The position numbers and the translations under genes are program-made. The notes beneath the pieces were generated by a model. That model did not search any database, was not told the DNA's origin, and saw only the letters and a program-made list of their open reading frames with translations. From Candidatus Sumerlaeia bacterium (GTDB lineage Bacteria; Sumerlaeota; Sumerlaeia; SLMS01), in NCBI GenBank assembly GCA_038208905.1, contig JBBQYG010000018.1, positions 1 to 38,398 on the forward strand: a DNA stretch of 38,398 nt, given 5' to 3'. Shown one piece after another: positions 13,037-20,734 of this stretch (position 1 is the first letter of the stretch; every line of letters starts with the position of its first letter).

Positions 13037-13827
13037 GATGCTGCTCCTTGCAGGGCGGCATGCCACCCGCCTAGAAATTGAGCGATGCCTTCGGGCATGG
13101 AGATGCGTGCATCGGCGAGCGTCTCGCGGGGCTCGTTGCGAACCAGAAGGCAGAGACCGCGCCCCTTCAGGGCTCGAAAACCATCTTCGTCCGTCAGGTC
13201 ATCGCCGAGAAAGGCGACGGCATCGTATTCCCTGCCATAACATGCCAGCAGGTCCTCCACCGCATCGCCCTTGGTCCTCCCCGGCGCGCATAGCTCGATG
13301 CCACCGTCGAAGTCCTTAAGCAGAAGCTCACCGTCTATGGCGAGCGGGGCCCACGCGCGCCGGACTTGTTCCTCGATTGCCGCGACGCTTGGCGACGCGA
13401 GGGCCCGACAGTGAAAAGTCACACAGCCCGTCTTGGTTTCCAGCGCCTCGACGGGCAGAATCCGGCTGGCGACCGCGGCTGCATGTCCGAGTGCGGCGGA
13501 GGCGGCCGGCGACACGCCGACAATCGCCAGGCGGCCAGCCAGATCCAAATGCTCGCGCCCGTGGCATCCCCAAATCTCGACGGGGGTGCGCAGCCCGGAT
13601 ACGAGGACGAGTTCGCGGCAAGGACGCCCTGTGACAAATACGATGCGGGTTCCCTTCTGGGCGAGGAGGCGCTCGATCAGTTCTCCAAGGCCGTCGGCCG
13701 GCTGGGCGGCATGCCGATGAGGCACAAAAGGGGCTATGGTCCCGTCGTAGTCGAGCAGGAGAAGTCCGCGATTCTTCCGCGCAAGGAGATCGAGAAAACA
13801 CTCGATCGGATCACTTCCGTCCATCAT
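13033..13827 (-). CDS. otsB: Trehalose-6-phosphate phosphatase (HAD family); start uncertain (13824-13878)
   Basis: LLDYDGT, VTGR, GCHG, TKG, LGDDLTDEDGF; ATGA overlap with otsA. Confidence 0.92.
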   Translation of the reverse strand: MMDGSDPIECFLDLLARKNRGLLLLDYDGTIAPFVPHRHAAQPADGLGELIERLLAQKGTRIVFVTGRPCRELVLVSGLRTPVEIWGCHGREHLDLAGRLAIVGVSPAASAALGHAAAVASRILPVEALETKTGCVTFHCRALASPSVAAIEEQVRRAWAPLAIDGELLLKDFDGGIELCAPGRTKGDAVEDLLACYGREYDAVAFLGDDLTDEDGFRALKGRGLCLLVRNEPRETLADARISMPEGIAQFLGGWHAALQGAAS

Positions 13828-14002
13828 GGGCGGGATCATGTCTTGGCCACTGTGCATCATCCAACCCAAAAGATCCATAATTTTGGCGCCCACGGCGGCG
13901 CGGCCCCGCGCGTTCGCATTGACCCCGCCGGGCCGGACCCTTGCACTCGCCTCCGAACCCATTCCATCTCTCGCGTATCCCCGGGAGCATTGAGGCACAA
14001 CC

Positions 14003-14584
14003 ATGTCCGTCATCGTCATCTTTCAGAACAAGCCCACTCCGCTGTCGCTGCTCGAAATCTCCGAAACGCTGGAGGGGCTCCTTGGCCTTCCCGTCACCCT
14101 TGCCAAGGACGGCAAGCCCGTTAAGCTGGAGGATTATCCCGGGCGCGACCAGCCGCTCAAGGAGGGCGCCCTGTGGGTTGCGCTTCCCGAGCTGGAGGAG
14201 GACGAAGGCGACCCGATCCTGGACTACGCCGCGATTCCCCGCGGCGACCGCGACGACGCGATCAAGGAGCTGGTGGCCCAGATGGTCGAGCAGGACCCCT
14301 CCCTCGCCCCCATCGTGACGAAGAACGCCCTCGACATCATCATCACCTTCGAAGGCAGCGCGGCCTCCGTCGAGGCGGGCTGTGCCGTGGCCTACGCCGT
14401 CGCCGCCGCCGCCGAGTCGGGTGTCCTTCTCCTCGATGGTCCCGACGAGGGCGAGTTCGAGGAAGATGGCGAGGACGACGAAGAGCAGGAGGGCGCCGAA
14501 GACGAAGGCGGCGAGACCGTCTGGTTCCCCGACGCCGAGTCCTTCGCCGATTTCGTGTTCAACGAAGACGACGAGGAAGAGTGA
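14003..14584 (+). CDS. Highly acidic hypothetical protein
   Basis: 193-aa ORF with GAGG RBS and strong GC3 codon bias; about 51 Asp/Glu versus about 10 Lys/Arg by manual count. Confidence 0.8.
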   Translation: MSVIVIFQNKPTPLSLLEISETLEGLLGLPVTLAKDGKPVKLEDYPGRDQPLKEGALWVALPELEEDEGDPILDYAAIPRGDRDDAIKELVAQMVEQDPSLAPIVTKNALDIIITFEGSAASVEAGCAVAYAVAAAAESGVLLLDGPDEGEFEEDGEDDEEQEGAEDEGGETVWFPDAESFADFVFNEDDEEE

Positions 14585-14768
14585 GTAGCAGGGATGAGGG
14601 ATGAGGGATTGGGGGCCGGTGTCTCGGATGACACCGGCCCTTTTTCGTTCCTCCTATTCGTCCCCTCGGTCCTACCCGACCGATGGGACTTGTTTAGCTG
14701 AGAAGGGGCGGTAAACCACGCAGCGTATATACGTGGCGCAGTTGCCGTTCATGCCTCATCCCTCCTAC
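14585..14768. repeat. Intergenic element bounded by inverted GGGATGA heptamer arms
   Basis: GTAGCAGGGATGAGGGATGAG (14585-14605) matches the reverse complement of 14748-14768 (GTAGGAGGGATGAGGCATGAA) at 18/21. Confidence 0.75.
14613..14645 (+). terminator. Rho-independent terminator
   Basis: 11-bp stem GGGCCGGTGTC / GACACCGGCCC followed by TTTTT. Confidence 0.8.
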
Positions 14769-14781
14769 CCCATCCATTCAG

Positions 14782-16410
14782 TTAGTTGTACCCGGTAAGC
14801 ACGGCGATCGTGAGCGTGACCATGCTGAACAGGAACAGGAGGCCCATGAAGGGGAGAACCCAGAGGGCCCACGTTTCCCAGCGGATGCGTGCGATGCCGA
14901 GGACCGACATGGTGACGGCGGATGTCGGAATGATGAGGTTCCCGAAGCCGTCACCGAACTGGAAGGCGAGCACGGAGGTCTGGCGCGTGACGCCGAGCAG
15001 ATCGGACAACGGCGCGACGATGGGCATGGTCATGGCGGCCTGGCCGCTGCCGGAGGGGACGAAGAAGTTGAGCGCGCTCTGGAGCAGGAACATCAGATTC
15101 GCGGCGACGACGCTATGGGTGCCCTCCAGGGAGGAGGCGATCCAGTTGAGGATCGTGTCGAGGATCATGCCGTCCTCCATGACCTTGAGGATGCCGGCGC
15201 TGAAGGCGACGATGAGCGCGGCGGGGGCGAGTTCGGAGGCGCCCTTCATGAAAGCGGAGGCGCCGCGTTCGAATCCGAGCCCGCCAAAAACCGCGGAGAG
15301 AATCCCCAGGCAAAGAAAGGCCGCGCTCAGCTCGTTGAGGTACCAGCCCTTGGCGGTGACGCCCCAGATGATGAGGGCCACCGTGGCGGCGAGCGACGCG
15401 AGCACAAGCCAGTCGCCGGCGCGCATTCCCTTGGAGCCTTGCGCGTGGGAGACAGCGGTGGCCTCCGCCATCAGGAGGCGGTCGTTCTCGTAGGTCGGCG
15501 AAAGTTCGGGCTTGGCCTTAACGCGGGCGGCCCACCACAGCGCATAGACAATGCCGAGCGCCGTGACGGAAATCCACACCCAGACGCGAAAGTTTGTGCC
15601 GCTGAGTGGCGCCAATTCCGCGATGCCCTGGGCGATCTGAAGCGTGAAGGGGTTGAAGAACGCGCCGGCGAATCCGAGGCCGGCGGCGACCCAGCTCATC
15701 ATCAGGCCGGTGATGGAATCGTAGCCGAGGCGAATCGCCAGCGGGATCGTGATCATGACAAAGGGGATAACCTCCTCGCTCATGCCGAAGATCGCGCCGC
15801 CGGCGCTGAACAGGATCATTAGCGCGGGAATCACGAGCCAAGGGGCGCCACCCTTCTCCAGCGCGCGGACGGCCTCCAGCAGCGCGTTGTCGATGGCGCC
15901 CGTGGCGAGCAGCATTCCAAAGGCTCCGCCAATCAGGAGGATGAACGCGATGATGTCGGCCTTGTCCTGAAAGCCGCGGAGCGGAGCGGCAAGCACTTGC
16001 GCAACCACCGCGACAGCGACCTCCAGAATGTTGCCCTCGGTTTCGCGCACGGCGGGCTTGTAGGTTCCCGCCACGACCACGGTGCGCTTCTCGGTGACGT
16101 GCACGGTGAGCTGGATGGTCTCTCCCGGGGTCAGCGTCGAGACCGGCTGGCCATCCTTTAGAATCCCCTTGGCCGTGGTGGCGTCGTCGCCCTTTGCGAC
16201 GATGGTATCGATGGTATCGCCTTCGGCTACCACCAAGTCGATGGTCTGGATCCCCGACTTCTTGATCTCGCGCTGCTCGCGGTCGAACTTGCCCGCGGGC
16301 AGGATTCTTCCCGCGATGGCGGCGAGCAGCAGGATGATGAGAAGGATCACGAGCGTGGGGGGCATCCGCAGGGCGGATTGCGGCTCGGCGGGGGCAGCTT
16401 CGGGAGTCAC
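14782..16410 (-). CDS. yfcC: YfcC/ArcD-family (basic amino acid / C4-dicarboxylate) antiporter with LysM-like insert
   Basis: GMSEE, NPFT, AQGIAEL, FFVPSGSGQAAMTMPI, AFQFGDGF motifs; many TM helices. Confidence 0.9.
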   Translation of the reverse strand: MTPEAAPAEPQSALRMPPTLVILLIILLLAAIAGRILPAGKFDREQREIKKSGIQTIDLVVAEGDTIDTIVAKGDDATTAKGILKDGQPVSTLTPGETIQLTVHVTEKRTVVVAGTYKPAVRETEGNILEVAVAVVAQVLAAPLRGFQDKADIIAFILLIGGAFGMLLATGAIDNALLEAVRALEKGGAPWLVIPALMILFSAGGAIFGMSEEVIPFVMITIPLAIRLGYDSITGLMMSWVAAGLGFAGAFFNPFTLQIAQGIAELAPLSGTNFRVWVWISVTALGIVYALWWAARVKAKPELSPTYENDRLLMAEATAVSHAQGSKGMRAGDWLVLASLAATVALIIWGVTAKGWYLNELSAAFLCLGILSAVFGGLGFERGASAFMKGASELAPAALIVAFSAGILKVMEDGMILDTILNWIASSLEGTHSVVAANLMFLLQSALNFFVPSGSGQAAMTMPIVAPLSDLLGVTRQTSVLAFQFGDGFGNLIIPTSAVTMSVLGIARIRWETWALWVLPFMGLLFLFSMVTLTIAVLTGYN

Positions 16411-16562
16411 GTGTGGGCTTCCTTCGTCGGCGGGGAGTAGCGCGGCGGCGAGAATGGAAGCAAGATTGAGCGGGCATTGGCCCGTGGCGTCAAGAACCGT
16501 GCAATGAATCGCGAATCAACGGATTCCTTGGATTGGTCTGAAGATTTCGACCAGCGACGCAC

Positions 16563-17186
16563 CTACTTGACCGGCGCGTTGTCGATTTCCTGCTTGGAGA
16601 GTTCCGCGAGACTGATGGAGAAACGAACGCGCATCGAGGGGTCCATCGGCGCGACGAACTGGAGCACGCCGCCATCGGTGCTGCGGAAGGAGCGGCGTGC
16701 GGAGACTTGGGCGTGGATGGGGCCGGTGCGCGTGCGAACGGCGACGCCGCTAAAGTTCGCGTTGGTCGTCCCCGTGGTGGCGCCGTCGTCGGTGCGGACG
16801 CGGAGCATGGCGAGGGCGGTGCCATTCTCGGTCGTATTGAACTCGGCAAGGGCCGTGTTGGGACCGGTGAGGGTGATAGTCATGTCGCAACCGGCACCCG
16901 TGTACTTGATGCTGGTGGGAGTCTTATTGGCGAGAGTCATGCGCATGGGCCTCTCGCCGGAGATGGGCCGCGCCTCGAAGGACACGGCGGCCGCAAAGCC
17001 ATCGATGCTAAAGGCGCCTTGGCGGGACTCCGTCACCAAAGTAAGGGATGACGTGGTGACGCCAGTACCGTCGGAGAGCGTCCAGCGCTCGCCCGCCTTC
17101 CAAGCGGCGTCCTGCGCCGAGGCGAAGCCGAAGAGGCCGCCGAAAAGCGCCAGTATTGCCCATCGAGAGAACGCCGAGTGAACCAT
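16563..17186 (-). CDS. Secreted hypothetical protein, probably beta-rich
   Basis: GGAG RBS, signal peptide ending ASA-Q, Thr/Ser-rich mature region. Confidence 0.65.
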   Translation of the reverse strand: MVHSAFSRWAILALFGGLFGFASAQDAAWKAGERWTLSDGTGVTTSSLTLVTESRQGAFSIDGFAAAVSFEARPISGERPMRMTLANKTPTSIKYTGAGCDMTITLTGPNTALAEFNTTENGTALAMLRVRTDDGATTGTTNANFSGVAVRTRTGPIHAQVSARRSFRSTDGGVLQFVAPMDPSMRVRFSISLAELSKQEIDNAPVK

Positions 17187-17284
17187 GCGAGCAACTCCTC
17201 CATATCAAGGCGGAAGGAACGGCGACTTCTTGTTTCGACTAGGCCAGCAGATTTGGCCCCGGATTGCCGGGTGTCAATCCGTTG

Positions 17285-18475
17285 CTAATCGGCGGCCTTG
17301 CCGCCAAACCAGTGCTCCCACAAGGCGATGGCATATGCCCGGCCCACGGCGCGATGGCGGTCGGGGTCCAGCCAGGTGTCGGCGGCGGGCCCGTGGGTCA
17401 CGTCGCCATAGCCGCCCTCGGGGATCATCGCGAGCACGCCATACTGGCCGCGGATGTGGTGATAGCTGATGCCATCGGCCTCATGCCAGACGGCGCCCTT
17501 GCCAGGCAGGAAGTCGGGTGAGTGGCGGGCGACGTTGGCGAGGAACCGTGTGAGGTCCCCGTAGTACTTGCCGCGCCGCTTGTAGTTCTCGGGCTCCAGC
17601 CCGTGCCCCGAGTGGAAGGCGTAGTGCTCGTGGGCGGACGAGTCCGCGTGAAAGTCGATGAATACGTCGAACGGATTGCCATACCGCGTGGAGGTGGCGA
17701 TGGCCTGGGTGACCGCCTGAATCTCCGGCGAAGTCTCCGCGCTGGGGCTGTGCCACACCCGGTTGAGGTTCACGCCCTTGGAATTGAGGCGATAGTGGCC
17801 GCGGAACACGCCGTCGGGGTTGATCATGGGGACAACGCTGAGGACCGAGTGGAGGCGAAGCACCTCCGCGCGATTGTCGGCGGAGAGCACGAAGTCCATG
17901 AACCCTTCGAGCATGAAGGAAGCGGGGGATTCGGCGCTGTGCTGACGGGCGCAAATCCACGCGCCGTGCTTGCCGACGCCGGTTGCGCTGCCGTCGGTGA
18001 CGCGAAGGAGTTCGATGTCGCGCCCATCGACGCTCCTGCCGATGGAGAGCGTGGTGACGTTACGGTGGGTGGACCAAGTCGCAATCTTGCGGCAGGCCTC
18101 GGTGTAGGTGTAGGGATAGTGGTAGGCGACCAGGAAGCGGGGGCTATCGACCTTCACCTCGAAGGAGAAGACGTTGCGTTCGCGGTCGTGGAGGCCGGGC
18201 TTGTCGATGCGGCTCCACGTCTTGCCGCCGTCGTTGGACACGACGGGGCGGCAACGGTCAAAGTGGGAGGGTACGGATGTCGCCTGGGTCTCGAGGAGTT
18301 GAAGGGTGAGCGTGCGTCCCTGGGCACCCTCGATGGCGAAGTAGAACCACTGGCGGACGCCAGCCTCGCCCTCGGGAAGCAGCTCGAATGTGTAGGAGTT
18401 CTCCCCCGCCAAGGAGAAGAACCGCCCATTGCCGCCCTCGAAGGCGGAGTCGAACTTCAATTCATCGTTAGCCAT
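17285..18475 (-). CDS. M14 zinc carboxypeptidase, cytosolic carboxypeptidase (Nna1/CCP)-like
   Basis: FEGGN and QWFYF N-domain motifs, YPYTY, RQHSAE (HxxE), NPDG, NLNR, DFH. Confidence 0.9.
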   Translation of the reverse strand: MANDELKFDSAFEGGNGRFFSLAGENSYTFELLPEGEAGVRQWFYFAIEGAQGRTLTLQLLETQATSVPSHFDRCRPVVSNDGGKTWSRIDKPGLHDRERNVFSFEVKVDSPRFLVAYHYPYTYTEACRKIATWSTHRNVTTLSIGRSVDGRDIELLRVTDGSATGVGKHGAWICARQHSAESPASFMLEGFMDFVLSADNRAEVLRLHSVLSVVPMINPDGVFRGHYRLNSKGVNLNRVWHSPSAETSPEIQAVTQAIATSTRYGNPFDVFIDFHADSSAHEHYAFHSGHGLEPENYKRRGKYYGDLTRFLANVARHSPDFLPGKGAVWHEADGISYHHIRGQYGVLAMIPEGGYGDVTHGPAADTWLDPDRHRAVGRAYAIALWEHWFGGKAAD

Positions 18476-18530
18476 GTCATCATGAGGGAGGGGCCGGGTT
18501 GTGTGGGGCAACCCGGCTCTTCGCCTCGGA

Positions 18531-18995
18531 TCACTTTTTTTCGGCTTCCGGCGGGGGAATCTGGTTGGAGGGGTCGGGCATCCCCTCGGTTAAGCCGTAT
18601 GCCTTGATGACCGTCTTGGTGTAGAGCCCAAGGACCGAGATCGTCTGGGCGTCGGCATAGACGACGTCCCTGAATTCGCCCTCGCGGATGGCCCTTTCGC
18701 CCGAGATGTTCCCCCATCCCACGCTCAAGATGCGGGAACTGGCGGGGATGCCGGGAATATTGGCGGCCAATCGGTAGGAGCGGACACGGGTTTCCTTGAG
18801 GTCGTCGGTGATGATGAGCGGCTTGGGTGGCCCCTGTGAGCGCGGGCGCACACGGAAGGGCGTCGTTGTGTTCTCATAGATCATGGCCATTGGGAGCCCA
18901 ATGCCGGTGCGCTCGCACCCACCGAGTAGCAGCGGGGCAAAGGCCAGAGCGGCCAACGCCATGATCCGGCGACTTGCGGAGGTCATGGCGCTCAC
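18531..18995 (-). CDS. TRL-like lipoprotein, divergent paralogue
   Basis: Lipobox LGGC; C-terminal pattern VGWGNIS...AIREG...YAD...LGLY...YG mirrors the adjacent TRL-like protein. Confidence 0.7.
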   Translation of the reverse strand: MSAMTSASRRIMALAALAFAPLLLGGCERTGIGLPMAMIYENTTTPFRVRPRSQGPPKPLIITDDLKETRVRSYRLAANIPGIPASSRILSVGWGNISGERAIREGEFRDVVYADAQTISVLGLYTKTVIKAYGLTEGMPDPSNQIPPPEAEKK

Positions 18996-19315
18996 TCCCC
19001 GTAAACGATGGTGGTGTAGCGCTGATAGACGAGGAGATAGTTGAGCGCGCGGTAGTCCGTGTGGCGGACTTCCGTGATGCCGCCATCGCGAAGCGCGGCG
19101 CCCAGCCCCGAATCACCCCAGCCAACCAGAAACAGGATGTTATGGGCCGATGCCTGGCCTACTTTGGTGCCGGGCTTGGCGCCCGGGAACAGGGGAGCCT
19201 TCTGGTCGGTGAACAGAATGCCGCGCGGCGGAACCACCGGCGCGAAAATGCAGCCCGATAGCATCGCGACGGCGGCGAGGGTTCCGGCGCACTTCAGGGC
19301 AAGCGAGGTCTTCAT
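18992..19315 (-). CDS. TRL-like family lipoprotein
   Basis: Lipobox LSGC; ILFLVGWGDSGLGAALRDGGITEVRHTDY...TTIVYGE matches the TRL-like family pattern; 4-bp overlap with the next gene. Confidence 0.8.
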   Translation of the reverse strand: MKTSLALKCAGTLAAVAMLSGCIFAPVVPPRGILFTDQKAPLFPGAKPGTKVGQASAHNILFLVGWGDSGLGAALRDGGITEVRHTDYRALNYLLVYQRYTTIVYGE

Positions 19316-19522
19316 AGGGGCTACCTTGGGAGAAAAGTGGCACTGCCGGGAGGGGCGGCGCCCGCCAGAATGCCAGCAATGCTTCGGCCAATCCCCCGCC
19401 ACGGCGGGAGGGTAATCAGACGATAGCTAAATCTCCTTTTTTTGCCTTGCGTTTCTTGCGCTTTCCAGCATGCCTCATCATATGTCGGACCATCCTGATT
19501 CCCGCGTGAAGGAGTCGTTCAG

Positions 19523-20728
19523 ATGCGATTTCGCCCTATGATCAAGCCGGCCCTCGCCGTGCTCGCCATGCTGTCCGTGGCCGCCCACCTTGTGGGCTGC
19601 ACCGCCCTTGCCAAGGCTCCTCCCGCAAACGGGCATCTTGTGATCGTTGGCGGCGCGCTGAAGGAAACGAATCAGGAAGTCTATGGGCGAATCGCCTCCC
19701 TGGCCGGGCAGGGAAAAATCGGCGTTGTTCCAACGGCGACCGGCGTTCCGGAGGAGTCGATTCCCGGGGCCGTGGGCCGCATCGAGAAGCACACCGGCGA
19801 AGGGGGCACGGTGGTAGTGGATATCCGTTTCGACCACCCGGAGGAGGCCGCCAACCCCAGGTGGGAAAAGGCGATCGACGATTCGAGCGGGCTGTTCTTC
19901 CTGGGTGGCGATCAGTCCCGCATCCTCAACGCGTTCCGGCCCGAGTCGGGCGACACGATCAGCTATGCGGCCTGCATGAGGTTGCTTGACCGCGGCGGGT
20001 TCATATCGGGCACCTCCGCCGGCGCGGCGATGATGAGCGACCCGATGATCCAGGGCGGCTCCAGCACCGCGGCCCTCAAGATGGGCGTCACCGATGTCGT
20101 CAGCGAGGACGACAGCAACGGAGTAAAGATTGGGAAGGGCATGGGATTCTTCCCCTATGGCCTGACGGACCAGCATTTCCTGGAGCGCGGGCGGCTGGGA
20201 CGGCTGGTGGTGGCTCTGGACAAGACGGGTCAGAGGTTCGGGTATGGCATCGCGGAAGACCGCGCGCTGCTGGTCGATCTCTCCAAGCATGAGCTTGCGG
20301 GCCTCGGAGGGGCGCGAGCGGTGCTGGTCGTGGACATGGGGTCGGTGAAGCGCGAGGGGAAGGCATTCCACAATATCCGCCTTTCGCTCCTGAACAGCGG
20401 CGACGCGGTGGACTCCGGGACGGGGGCGGTGACTCCCGCGGCGGGGCAGACCCCACACGTGATTCCGTCGGATTCCGGCGCCAAGGAGCTGACGGCGGAC
20501 GACGCATGGGCCAGCCAAGCGATCCCCGATCTGATGACGGGACTGGTTACGACGGGCGTGGCGCGGGCCGTCGCTCTCGATCCGAACTTCGAAGTCATCC
20601 TGATGCTCGACAACAAGGTCCGCGCGTGGGTCGGCAACGGCGACGCCGCCAAGACGCCGACGATCGCGCACATGCGCATGGACATCGTTCCGCGCGCCGC
20701 CGAAACCGCCTCGGCCGTGGCGAGGTAA
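19523..20728 (+). CDS. cphE: Exported (lipoprotein) cyanophycinase, peptidase S51, CphE-like
   Basis: LVIVGGA, PTA, GGDQSRI, nucleophile motif GTSAGA, DQHFLERGRLGRL, GIAED; lipobox LVGC; AAGGAG RBS; C-terminal extension as in extracellular cyanophycinases. Confidence 0.9.
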   Translation: MRFRPMIKPALAVLAMLSVAAHLVGCTALAKAPPANGHLVIVGGALKETNQEVYGRIASLAGQGKIGVVPTATGVPEESIPGAVGRIEKHTGEGGTVVVDIRFDHPEEAANPRWEKAIDDSSGLFFLGGDQSRILNAFRPESGDTISYAACMRLLDRGGFISGTSAGAAMMSDPMIQGGSSTAALKMGVTDVVSEDDSNGVKIGKGMGFFPYGLTDQHFLERGRLGRLVVALDKTGQRFGYGIAEDRALLVDLSKHELAGLGGARAVLVVDMGSVKREGKAFHNIRLSLLNSGDAVDSGTGAVTPAAGQTPHVIPSDSGAKELTADDAWASQAIPDLMTGLVTTGVARAVALDPNFEVILMLDNKVRAWVGNGDAAKTPTIAHMRMDIVPRAAETASAVAR

Positions 20729-20734
20729 TCGACG

